DNA of 64,000 nt from a virus. The stretch lies in the IMG/VR virus record IMGVR_UViG_3300035698_028218, positions 7,745 to 71,744 of that record; one strand, written 5' to 3'. The position numbers were made by a program, and so were the translations under genes. The first letter of the stretch is position 1. Every line of letters begins with the position of its first letter. The notes beneath the pieces are model-generated. The model was not told the origin of the DNA and made no database searches. It saw only the letters and a program-made list of their open reading frames with translations. Below, piece by piece: positions 52,583 through 60,441 of this stretch.

Positions 52583-54421
52583 ATGTCTAATAAGATTACA
52601 AAAAGTTTAACAACAGAGGGACTTGTTTCTAGTATAGATATATCAAATATCAGTTCATGGGATTTAAATAGTGGTTTAAGTGTTGTGAGTTTAAATCAAT
52701 GGGATTTAGCAATAAGTAAAACACAAACCATTAATGATTTTGGATTAACTGCTATTGATAATGGTAGAACAGATAATCCATATAATAAACTAATATTAAA
52801 TGAAGGTGATAAATCTCTTTCATTATTTAGAATTGGTGAATATACCCCTAATGGTGTTGATTATAGTAATTATGCAATGTCTGGAGTAACTGACCAAACA
52901 ATAGGTAATTATTTTACTTTAGACGGTGGTTATTTACAGGGATTCTTTAAGTTAGATGGATATAGCTATGAGGTATTACCGTCTAGGTATGGTTCTGGGG
53001 TAACTCTTGAGACATTAATATATCTAGATCAAGACACAAAAGGAATATTGTTTTTTCTGGGTACAAGATCAGAAGATAAATATAATTCTTTTTATGAGGG
53101 TGAAGTAAATAGGATCAGCACTGAAGTTGAAACTACGGTACCCAATGGTGTTCTCGGTCAAACACACACCAAAGTAGAGACAGTCATTACGTATAGTGGG
53201 GTTACAACCAGTGAAGGTAACTACCTCAACTCAATTAAGTATGTTGACCAACAGAAAAAAGCAATTAGAAATTTAGATGAACCAACTGAAAGTGTAGAAA
53301 TTTTCGAAGAAAAAAATTCAATTAACGATAATGCTGTTGCTATTGGTATTGATGTTCAAAAAAGACTTTTTTATAGATATGTTAATGAGAATGGTATAAC
53401 TAGAGAACTAACAACAACTAAAATACTCACCACTACTGGATGGACAACGGTTACATTCACATACACACCAAACGTATTATTAGAAGAGGATGATCCCAAA
53501 TGTAGTGAGAGGAGAATTGGCACAATATCATTCTATATAAATGGGAGATTGTTTGAAAGTATTGATAATATTAATGAATTCTATTTTACTGCTATATCAA
53601 ATACTAGGGATAAACAAATAGGTGTGCCGTATAATATTTCATGGGGTGGTGGTAGTGAAGGTCTAAAGAACTCATACCATTTCGATGGTCAGGTAACTGA
53701 TCTCTATACTGGTAATACACAACAAAATATTGACGATAATTTTACTGTTTTAAGTGGTGAAACAACACCATCAAATAACTTAACTTTATTGAATGATAAC
53801 ATAACGTTTAGTGAAAATGTGATTGAGGTGGTACCTACCTCTGGTACATCATTTAGCGACAACTACTTTATTAGACTAAATGAATTTATTGACGTAAAAC
53901 CAAACAAAGACTATGTTTTTTCCGTATCTATATTTGATTCGGGTATATTCTCATCTAGTTTATCTGAAATAAAATTAGTTTTATTGGGCAGTGACGGTAA
54001 GTTAGTTAAAACACAAACAATATATTCACCACTCCCAAATATGAGTGATGATAGTGTTGAATATAAAAGGGGTTTAAATGAATGGCATATTCTATCCAGT
54101 AAAATTCTTTTAGAAGAAAATGATACCACTGGGGTATTTCAATTAGCGTTAGAATTAACAACGATTACTGATCTTAACTTAGATAAACAAATTTATTTAC
54201 GTAACTTTGAGTTCTTAACACAAGATTTACTAGTGAAAGACCCAGATAAAAGTAACTTAACCATTGAGAATGGGTTTGCTGATTCATTTAATGGTTCACT
54301 ACAAAAATTAAGAATATATAATAGGGCATTAAATAGTGGTGAAATACTAGATAATACACTATTTGAGTCTACAACAAAACCGATAAATATTAACAAAGGT
54401 GGTAGGCTTATTTATAGGTAA
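52583..54421 (+). CDS. LamG/concanavalin-like virion protein
   Basis: GVTLETLI..GILFFLG, GWTTVTFTY..SFYINGRL, FNGSLQKLRIYNRALNSGEI. Confidence 0.7.
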   Translation: MSNKITKSLTTEGLVSSIDISNISSWDLNSGLSVVSLNQWDLAISKTQTINDFGLTAIDNGRTDNPYNKLILNEGDKSLSLFRIGEYTPNGVDYSNYAMSGVTDQTIGNYFTLDGGYLQGFFKLDGYSYEVLPSRYGSGVTLETLIYLDQDTKGILFFLGTRSEDKYNSFYEGEVNRISTEVETTVPNGVLGQTHTKVETVITYSGVTTSEGNYLNSIKYVDQQKKAIRNLDEPTESVEIFEEKNSINDNAVAIGIDVQKRLFYRYVNENGITRELTTTKILTTTGWTTVTFTYTPNVLLEEDDPKCSERRIGTISFYINGRLFESIDNINEFYFTAISNTRDKQIGVPYNISWGGGSEGLKNSYHFDGQVTDLYTGNTQQNIDDNFTVLSGETTPSNNLTLLNDNITFSENVIEVVPTSGTSFSDNYFIRLNEFIDVKPNKDYVFSVSIFDSGIFSSSLSEIKLVLLGSDGKLVKTQTIYSPLPNMSDDSVEYKRGLNEWHILSSKILLEENDTTGVFQLALELTTITDLNLDKQIYLRNFEFLTQDLLVKDPDKSNLTIENGFADSFNGSLQKLRIYNRALNSGEILDNTLFESTTKPININKGGRLIYR

Positions 54422-54594
54422 TGAGTTATAATGATAGAGATTCACATAGGATTATTTCAAAAAAGAAAATTCTATGCACATCGAAAAAAAAAATCGATAA
54501 ATTAATAAATTATTTATCTGAGGAACATGGTCTGTCGTATGACGATTCTAGATTCACTCTTATTGAAATTCTAAAAGACATTGAGTGTGATTAA
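54421..54594 (+). CDS. Small hypothetical protein (57 aa, not in track)
   Basis: TAATG-coupled ORF MSYNDRDSHR..IECD*. Confidence 0.5.
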   Translation: MSYNDRDSHRIISKKKILCTSKKKIDKLINYLSEEHGLSYDDSRFTLIEILKDIECD

Positions 54595-54793
54595 AGACAT
54601 AATCGAGGGTTGGGCTAAACAAATTGCTGAGGGCTTGATGACTGAGGAGGAAAGGGAACTAGCACAAAGTAGAATAGAAACCTGTATTGAATGTGAACAC
54701 TTCACCCCTGTAAAATCATGTACTCAATGTGGTTGTTATATGCCAGCAAAAACTAAAGTAGTTAATGCAAATTGTCCACTAAAAAAATGGTAA
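54581..54793 (+). CDS. Small Cys-rich protein
   Basis: RIETCIECEH..CTQCGC..KT..CPLKKW. Confidence 0.75.
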   Translation: MSVIKDIIEGWAKQIAEGLMTEEERELAQSRIETCIECEHFTPVKSCTQCGCYMPAKTKVVNANCPLKKW

Positions 54794-54796
54794 ATC

Positions 54797-54961
54797 ATGT
54801 TAAAAACAATAGCTCAGACTTGTACAAGTAAAGAATGTAAAGAATACTTTAAGGACTATATTTCTAAATCATCAGAAGCAATAGTAACACCTCAAAAACT
54901 AAATGAGAAAACGGGTAAATATTTTTGTATTTATTGTGGGGAGTCACCCAATAAAAGATAG
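54797..54961 (+). CDS. Small zinc-ribbon protein (54 aa, not in track)
   Basis: CTSKEC..FCIYCG; fills the gap between ORFs. Confidence 0.55.
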   Translation: MLKTIAQTCTSKECKEYFKDYISKSSEAIVTPQKLNEKTGKYFCIYCGESPNKR

Positions 54962-54963
54962 AT

Positions 54964-55434
54964 ATGAAAGGAATATTCAAAATACTCGCAATTTTAGGGT
55001 TATTAATGATCACCTCATGTGTGAAACACGAACCTAATGAACTAGCACTATTTAAATTAAACAATCTGTATTTCTTAAAAACGGAGATAAACAATAAAAA
55101 AGCATTTTTATTGATTGATACTGGTGCATCAATAACAATACTTGATATTAATCAATCTGAAAAATATGGATTTTCTGTTGGGAATAGAATTGGTAATGGT
55201 ATGACCACTGGTATTAATGGCTCAAGATCGATGTACAGAATTTCAAACTACAGGATTAGTGCTCAAGACAATGAATTTCAAATGCAAGTTGCGGGTATTG
55301 ATATTAATGAAATTGTGAGTAAGTTTAAAAAACTAGGAATTGGTGTTGTTGGTGTTCTAGGTTCTGACTTTTTCCACGATACGAACGCAAATATATCATA
55401 CAAGAAGGGTACTATTGAATTACACCCAGAATAG
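54964..55434 (+). CDS. Retropepsin-like aspartyl protease, lipoprotein
   Basis: LIDTGAS, GVLGSDF; lipobox ITSC. Confidence 0.85.
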   Translation: MKGIFKILAILGLLMITSCVKHEPNELALFKLNNLYFLKTEINNKKAFLLIDTGASITILDINQSEKYGFSVGNRIGNGMTTGINGSRSMYRISNYRISAQDNEFQMQVAGIDINEIVSKFKKLGIGVVGVLGSDFFHDTNANISYKKGTIELHPE

Positions 55435-55520
55435 CGCAACCGATTGTGTAAAAAATTGTCACAGAAGTTAACTTTATCAATACTATTTACGTATTTCGTT
55501 ATATAAACAATTATATAATA

Positions 55521-55988
55521 ATGAAGTTATTGAGAATCATTTTTTTTACATTAGTAATAATACTAACTACATCAATTAGTGAACCCATTAATAAAAATTC
55601 ACATGAATTTAAATTATATGAAAAAAAGGGTCTCTATTTTGTAAGACTAACACTTAATGGTTATATCGGTAATTTTTTATTAGACACAGGTGCGACCATA
55701 TCTATTATTGATATTAATCAGTCTAAGAATTATAAATTTAAATATCATACTACTAATTCTGAATTATCTGGGATTGGTGGTAGTTTAATTAAATATAGAA
55801 TTACAAATACAATGGTTAGTGATAGGGATTATATATTAAACATTAAATTTAGTGGCATTGATTTAAAACCAGTAATTAGTGATCTTAGAAAAAGAAATAT
55901 GCACGTTATTGGAATTATTGGTGGGGATTATCTAACTCACTGTTCTGCGGTGATAAACTATAAAGAAAAAACATTAACAATTTATTAG
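55521..55988 (+). CDS. Retropepsin-like aspartyl protease, signal peptide
   Basis: LLDTGAT, GIIGGDY; paralog of upstream gene. Confidence 0.85.
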   Translation: MKLLRIIFFTLVIILTTSISEPINKNSHEFKLYEKKGLYFVRLTLNGYIGNFLLDTGATISIIDINQSKNYKFKYHTTNSELSGIGGSLIKYRITNTMVSDRDYILNIKFSGIDLKPVISDLRKRNMHVIGIIGGDYLTHCSAVINYKEKTLTIY

Positions 55989-56031
55989 TTTAATCAAAAC
56001 TTTTTCGATATTAATTCGTATTAATTGGTAT

Positions 56032-56718
56032 ATGAAAATATATTCAAATTTTAGAGACTATTATGATAGTGCATCTGCATTCGGTATTGATGAAACTATC
56101 CATTACAAAAGAAAGAAGCAAGAAATTAACATCGATAGAAATCAATATAGGTCATTCCCATCTCTTAATAAGTATGATGTTATTGGTTTTTGTGGTGAAA
56201 TTTACCCGTTCTTAAACCCTCGGTCATTAAAAATTCCCAATAAAAAAGAAAATACACTATTTGGTGATGATGCAATAATGTATACAGTCAATGATAAACA
56301 AATATTTTCATTTGGAGATTATTCTTTCGATGAAATTTTTGAGAAAGATAAGAACCAAAATTCGTGGTTTAGTAATGTAACATCACAAGAAACATATAAC
56401 ACATTAAAAATTAGTCAATCTCTAAAGAATTTGTTTGTGGAATTTAAAACACCAATCTTTTTTCTTAGTGGGTATAAGAAATTAATAATTAACCCCAATC
56501 TAGGTGATTTACATTTTTATAAAGTAAAAGATTCGGTAATGACATTTTCTGAGATTAGTCAATTCTTAAGTGGTGTGTTATCTATGGATGTTGAAATCGA
56601 TACTCCTGTTGGTGGTAATGAGGTTGTTGGAAGAAGTAAGGGGTTCGATGAGAACTCTTTCAGAAAGGAACCAACAAAGGACACTAAAGTAAGAAGAAAA
56701 AGAAAAAATAAAATATGA
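56032..56718 (+). CDS. Hypothetical phage protein
   Basis: MKIYSNFRDYYD..IGFCGEIYP..INPNL..GFDENSFR. Confidence 0.75.
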   Translation: MKIYSNFRDYYDSASAFGIDETIHYKRKKQEINIDRNQYRSFPSLNKYDVIGFCGEIYPFLNPRSLKIPNKKENTLFGDDAIMYTVNDKQIFSFGDYSFDEIFEKDKNQNSWFSNVTSQETYNTLKISQSLKNLFVEFKTPIFFLSGYKKLIINPNLGDLHFYKVKDSVMTFSEISQFLSGVLSMDVEIDTPVGGNEVVGRSKGFDENSFRKEPTKDTKVRRKRKNKI

Positions 56719-56755
56719 GTATTAGTGGTCACTTTAAAGATGACTTAGAATTATT

Positions 56756-56805
56756 GTGAACTACCCACCCACACTACGTGATGAGTGGGCTTTACGCTCA
56801 CTTTT
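56756..56805 (-). mobile_element. Single-hairpin IS200/IS605 miniature (PATE-like) element
   Basis: GTGAACTACCCACC shared with the IS end at 62493; minus strand TTAC|AAAAGTGAGCGT-AAAG-hairpin-TAGTTCAC. Confidence 0.7.
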
Positions 56806-56827
56806 GTAAATAAAAATTAATGCAGTA

Positions 56828-57151
56828 ATGAGTATATATAGAGTAAAGTTAATTGGTGAAGAAGGGGACATTGAACCAGTCATCAATAAACATAGTATTG
56901 TAATTCAAACTAAATGGAATGGTCTTAAAATGATGGATCACGCTACGTTTGATTTGTGGAATAGACTATTTATATTTCCAGATAACGAAAAGGCAGAATA
57001 CTTTTCTGAGAACTTTAAACATGACATGAACGACTTCAGAGAGGGTATGATGAAGGATGATTATGTTTTTCATATTGTTAATTTTAAATATCCACAAAAA
57101 GAAGAGCTATATGCTGATCAAATGCGAATGACTAAGGATTATAAATATTAA
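56828..57151 (+). CDS. Hypothetical protein
   Basis: 107 aa ORF. Confidence 0.65.
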   Translation: MSIYRVKLIGEEGDIEPVINKHSIVIQTKWNGLKMMDHATFDLWNRLFIFPDNEKAEYFSENFKHDMNDFREGMMKDDYVFHIVNFKYPQKEELYADQMRMTKDYKY

Positions 57152-57244
57152 ATGTGATATGAGTGAACAAAGACGTTATTGGTCATTTGATGAATGTTGT
57201 CAACATATGGTTTGTGGTAGATAATTAGAATTAATATTAACTAG

Positions 57245-57330
57245 ATGGTCTGGTGGGACTCGAACCCACAAGAGCGATGTGCTCATCAGAATCAAAACCT
57301 GACGTGTTTAGCCAATTCCACCACAGACCA
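57245..57330 (-). tRNA. tRNA-Gln(UUG) with long variable arm
   Basis: Acceptor TGGTCTG/CAGACCA; anticodon arm TCAGG-TTTTGAT-TCTGA; variable arm GAGC-ACATC-GCTC; T arm GTGGG-TTCGAGT-CCCAC. Confidence 0.85.
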
Positions 57331-57456
57331 TTGTTTAAATAAAAGTTGTTCCTACAAAAGTTCTCTACTACTAAGGCAAGTCCTCCATTTGGGGTTCCGT
57401 TAACTACTTTATGAGTTTATAACCCCTGACGGAACAAGCAAGGTAACTATTATTTT

Positions 57457-57537
57457 GGCAGGCAGTTGGACTTGAACCAACGTAACTAGTATACGCCAAC
57501 AACCAACCCCCAGCTTCGGGAGAATTTGTTTACCTGC
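57457..57537 (-). ncRNA. tRNA-like RNA without a clear anticodon arm
   Basis: Acceptor GCAGGTA/TGCCTGC and T arm GTTGG-TTCAAGT-CCAAC; atypical interior. Confidence 0.6.
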
Positions 57538-57542
57538 ATTTG

Positions 57543-57602
57543 GGTATAAGACGAGGAACGAACTCGCATCTACAGAGACCACAACTCTAAGCTACTTACA
57601 CC
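57543..57602 (-). tRNA. D-armless tRNA-His(GUG)-like RNA
   Basis: GGTGTAAG-TAGCT-TAGAG-TTGTGGT-CTCTG-TAGAT-GCGAG-TTCGTTC-CTCGT-CTTATACC (60 nt, G-1:C73). Confidence 0.65.
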
Positions 57603-57611
57603 ATATATTTG

Positions 57612-57684
57612 ATGCTCTATTCAGAATCGAACTGAATTTTTTCGGATCAAAACCGAACGTAATAAACCACTATACGATAGAGCA
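57612..57684 (-). tRNA. tRNA-Gln(UUG)
   Basis: TGCTCTA/TAGAGCA; TTCGG-TTTTGAT-CCGAA; TTCAG-TTCGATT-CTGAA. Confidence 0.9.
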
Positions 57685-57714
57685 ATATAAATAAGTCTCT
57701 CATATAGAGACATC

Positions 57715-57790
57715 TGGGGTGTCAACGGGGATCGAACCCTGTTCTCTCGATTCACAGTCAAGCGTAATAACCTGTTATACTTTTGACACC
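57715..57790 (-). tRNA. tRNA-His(GUG)
   Basis: G-1; GTGTCAA/TTGACAC, C73 and encoded CCA; CTTGA-CTGTGAA-TCGAG. Confidence 0.9.
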
Positions 57791-57832
57791 ATTTTAAAAA
57801 AATATTATCACATTGTGTTTCCACTAACTTTG

Positions 57833-57905
57833 TCGGGTATGCCAGATTTGAACTGTATCTCGTAGACCCAAACTACGCATGTTACCTGATTACACCACAT
57901 CCCCG
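57833..57905 (-). tRNA. tRNA-Pro(UGG), apparent 8/4 fold
   Basis: CGGGGATG/CATACCCG; CGTAG-TTTGGGT-CTACG; short T stem ACAG-TTCAAAT-CTGG. Confidence 0.8.
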
Positions 57906-57919
57906 ATATTTTCTAAAAT

Positions 57920-57937
57920 CAATATTTCAAATAACTT
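57920..57937 (-). promoter_or_regulatory. boxA-like antitermination motif
   Basis: AAGTTATTTGAAATATTG, 15/18 identical to 60819-60836. Confidence 0.55.
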
Positions 57938-57942
57938 TATTG

Positions 57943-58016
57943 TCTAAGTGGTGAGAGTCGAACTCACAATAACCCTCCTTCCAAGGGAGGTAACCATGCC
58001 AGTGGATCACACCTAG
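57943..58016 (-). tRNA. tRNA-Pro(UGG)
   Basis: CTAGGTG/CACTTAG A73; CCTCC-CTTGGAA-GGAGG; GTGAG-TTCGACT-CTCAC. Confidence 0.85.
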
Positions 58017-58027
58017 TTTTTGGACAT

Positions 58028-58057
58028 AAAAAAACCCATTCATTACTGAACGGGTTT
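58028..58057 (-). terminator. Attenuator terminator of array 1
   Basis: AAACCCGTTCA-GTAA-TGAATGGG-T7, between leader ORF and first tRNA. Confidence 0.9.
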
Positions 58058-58086
58058 AGCTATATTTTATTAAGTTTTATTCCTTA

Positions 58087-58173
58087 TTAAATATGCATAG
58101 TTTCCCCGTTCAACATTCTTTGCGGATGCTGTGCTTGGGGTTGATGTGCGATATTTAATAAAACTGTTTTCAT
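58087..58173 (-). CDS. His/Gln/Pro-rich leader peptide (28 aa) of array 1
   Basis: MKTVLLNIAHQPQAQHPQRMLNGETMHI*; contains TGAACGGG complementary to terminator 5' arm. Confidence 0.85.
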   Translation of the reverse strand: MKTVLLNIAHQPQAQHPQRMLNGETMHI

Positions 58174-58194
58174 TACTTTAATTTTCTTCTTTTG

Positions 58195-58225
58195 CAAACC
58201 TACAACAATATTTGAGGTTTCCAAA
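58195..58225 (-). promoter_or_regulatory. Bacteroidetes sigma70 promoter of array 1
   Basis: TTTG-N19-TAGGTTTG, exact consensus. Confidence 0.85.
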
Positions 58226-58321
58226 ACTTTTTTTTACAAAAAGCAATAATTTTTACTACTTCACCAATAAATACGTTAAAAAAACTAATTTGTTTAAAAA
58301 AGTTTAGTATTTATTTTTAAA

Positions 58322-58699
58322 ATGGATGATTTAGATTTTTGGAACATAGATAAAGAAAGAAAAGAGAGAATTCCTTTAGACATTATTAATACTAAAGAAT
58401 TTCAAGTAAAATTTATCGTTGATCTATTAAATGATTCCCCCTCTATTGTTAGTCGTGAATCTATTGAGACCCATAGACAAAACGACATATACACCAGTGA
58501 TATGACCATACTAAAGGTTTTTAATATTGAGTATTCATATGAAAAAATATTAATTCCAATTGATATTGTTGTGGTGACTGACGAAGGTAAAAATGATTTT
58601 AATCTAAAGTTTTCTACCATAGAAAATAAAGACATTGATTTTGGCTGGATAGATAAAAATATTGCGTTAGAAAAAAAAGTTTTGAATTCTCTTATATAG
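58322..58699 (+). CDS. Hypothetical protein
   Basis: 125 aa; GTATTTAT at 58307. Confidence 0.65.
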   Translation: MDDLDFWNIDKERKERIPLDIINTKEFQVKFIVDLLNDSPSIVSRESIETHRQNDIYTSDMTILKVFNIEYSYEKILIPIDIVVVTDEGKNDFNLKFSTIENKDIDFGWIDKNIALEKKVLNSLI

Positions 58700-58715
58700 T
58701 TACTATCTTTACTAG

Positions 58716-58973
58716 ATGAATAATGATAATTATGAATTGGTGAATGTGGGGGTTAGTAAAAATTCAAATTCATTCAATGTAACTACGAATGGTGGTGCAT
58801 TATTTAGTATTAAATCAAAGTATGATTTACATCTTCAATGGAAACCCAAGCCTAATATTACTACTTTTGAATTAGCACAATCAATCCCATATATTTTTAT
58901 GGGAGAAGTTGAATCTTCATCAATAGACCAAAATGAAAAATTTTGGAGAAACTTTAATATAACACCAAGATGA
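58716..58973 (+). CDS. Hypothetical protein
   Basis: 85 aa, WKPKPNITTFELA. Confidence 0.65.
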   Translation: MNNDNYELVNVGVSKNSNSFNVTTNGGALFSIKSKYDLHLQWKPKPNITTFELAQSIPYIFMGEVESSSIDQNEKFWRNFNITPR

Positions 58974-59377
58974 AGATTTTTTTAGACGACTATAGAATCC
59001 CCTTAGATGCGTGGATGTATATGAAAGAAAAACAATATCAAGATAGGGATTGGGTGATTGTTAAGAATTACGATGAATTTGTAAGACTACTAAATATGAC
59101 TAAACCAGAAAATATCGAGAGAATTTCTTTTGATCATGATTTAGCACCTGAACACTATGCCCCAAAAGAACATTGGATTAATTATGATGCTTGGGAAGCT
59201 ACACAAGACTTTGAATTTAAAACAGGTTTAGATTGTTGTGATTACTTCATAGAGTATATGAAAAAAAACAATATTAAAACCCTGCCTAAATATTCTTGTC
59301 ATTCAAAAAATATTGGAAGAAGAATAAGAATTTTACATCAATTAACTCACTATAGAAATGGGAGCACCGAAATTTAA
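58970..59377 (+). CDS. Cyclic-phosphate-processing receiver-domain protein
   Basis: KIFLDDYRIP, WVIVKNYDEF, ISFDHDL, KTGLDCC, HSKN. Confidence 0.8.
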   Translation: MKIFLDDYRIPLDAWMYMKEKQYQDRDWVIVKNYDEFVRLLNMTKPENIERISFDHDLAPEHYAPKEHWINYDAWEATQDFEFKTGLDCCDYFIEYMKKNNIKTLPKYSCHSKNIGRRIRILHQLTHYRNGSTEI

Positions 59378-59636
59378 ATTAAAAGAAAATATATTAACTA
59401 TCACATATGACTTTAATGAGGTTTATTTGGAAACATTATTACTTGTTAAGTCAAATAATGGTATTGTGGAGTTTATTAATAGAGAAGAATTCACATCTGA
59501 CATCGATCATTTAGAATTAAGTTGGGTAATATGTGATGAGCTTGTTAGTATGGGTCTTTTATTTGAAGACTTAGAAGCTATGAATGTCACATATGAATTA
59601 ACCAAAGAAAGTGAAGACTTAATAAATAGTATATAA
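59358..59636 (+). CDS. Hypothetical protein
   Basis: 92 aa ORF. Confidence 0.6.
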   Translation: MGAPKFKLKENILTITYDFNEVYLETLLLVKSNNGIVEFINREEFTSDIDHLELSWVICDELVSMGLLFEDLEAMNVTYELTKESEDLINSI

Positions 59637-59862
59637 GGAGCAGGTATATGGTACAACGAGAAAGAACCATATGAAGGCACCACAGACATATTAAGGAAGG
59701 TAGGTGCCATTTGTATACAAATGGGAGAGCAATACTCAATGACAGAAAGAAAGTTCCTTGAGAAGCAAATATTAGGGTGAAAAAAATTTAAAAACCTAAT
59801 CCTCTGTAAATCAAAGTGTTGGGTTTTTATTAGACTTTTTTTTAAAAAAATAAAAACATTTA

Positions 59863-59893
59863 CTTGTTCTTTGCGTATTTAGTTGTAGGTTTG
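59863..59893 (+). promoter_or_regulatory. Bacteroidetes sigma70 promoter of array 2
   Basis: CTTG-N19-TAGGTTTG; shares GTTGTAGGTTTGCA and AGAAAATTAAA with array 1 leader region. Confidence 0.85.
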
Positions 59894-59924
59894 CATAAGC
59901 AAATACAAAAAACAGAAAATTAAA

Positions 59925-60053
59925 ATGAAAAATTTATTCGACATCTTATTAAACACCTTAGAAGCGTTAGCTAACGTGGTGCTAGATGCAGTCCTTATGG
60001 ATGATGCTGAATGGGATAGGAATGGGTTTTCTAAAATAGATGATGTGAGTTAA
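59925..60053 (+). CDS. Ala/Leu/Asp/Glu/Val/Trp-rich leader peptide (42 aa) of array 2
   Basis: MKNLFDILLNTLEALANVVLDAVLMDDAEWDRNGFSKIDDVS*; GGGTTTTCTA (60024-60033) complementary to TAGAAAACCT (60073-60082). Confidence 0.85.
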   Translation: MKNLFDILLNTLEALANVVLDAVLMDDAEWDRNGFSKIDDVS

Positions 60054-60075
60054 AAACTTAAATAATCGAAACTAG

Positions 60076-60107
60076 AAAACCTGATCCGAAAGAATCAGGT
60101 TTTTTTT
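60076..60107 (+). terminator. Attenuator terminator of array 2
   Basis: AAAACCTGATCC-GAAA-GAATCAGG-T8. Confidence 0.9.
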
Positions 60108-60126
60108 GTTTATAGGGGTTTAAGTT

Positions 60127-60441
60127 ATGTCACAAAGAAAAAAACAAATAAGAGAGAAATTCAGAAATGATGTCTTCTCTAGAGATAATCACAGATGTAA
60201 GGTTTGTGAAGAAGATAGTGAAAAATTAGATGCTCATCATATCACCGATAGAAATGAGATGCCGAATGGAGGTTATGTAAGTGAGAATGGAATCTCATTA
60301 TGTGAACCATGTCACGAAAAAGCAGAAGTTTGGCATTCAAGTTTAAAAGATGATTTTGTAGATGGGTATCAACCAAATGATTTATATGTGTTAATAAATA
60401 GTAATTATGATTTAGCACATAAAAAATCAGAGCAATTATAA
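60127..60441 (+). CDS. HNH endonuclease
   Basis: VFSRDNHRCKVC..LDAHHI..ENGISLCEPCHEKAE. Confidence 0.9.
   Translation: MSQRKKQIREKFRNDVFSRDNHRCKVCEEDSEKLDAHHITDRNEMPNGGYVSENGISLCEPCHEKAEVWHSSLKDDFVDGYQPNDLYVLINSNYDLAHKKSEQL

Noticed and set aside
54927-54934. GTATTTAT at 54927 and at 33383
   Set aside because: The first encodes CIYC inside an ORF; the second faces a terminator rather than a gene; likely chance in AT-rich DNA
57621-57824. Track ORFs over the tRNA regions (57621-57824, 60242-60493, 60405-60635)
   Set aside because: Overlap well-formed tRNAs or the HNH gene; spurious
58028-60107. T-box riboswitch explanation for the terminators before the arrays
   Set aside because: No T-box consensus or stem I seen; the leaders are short ORFs with cognate codon runs instead
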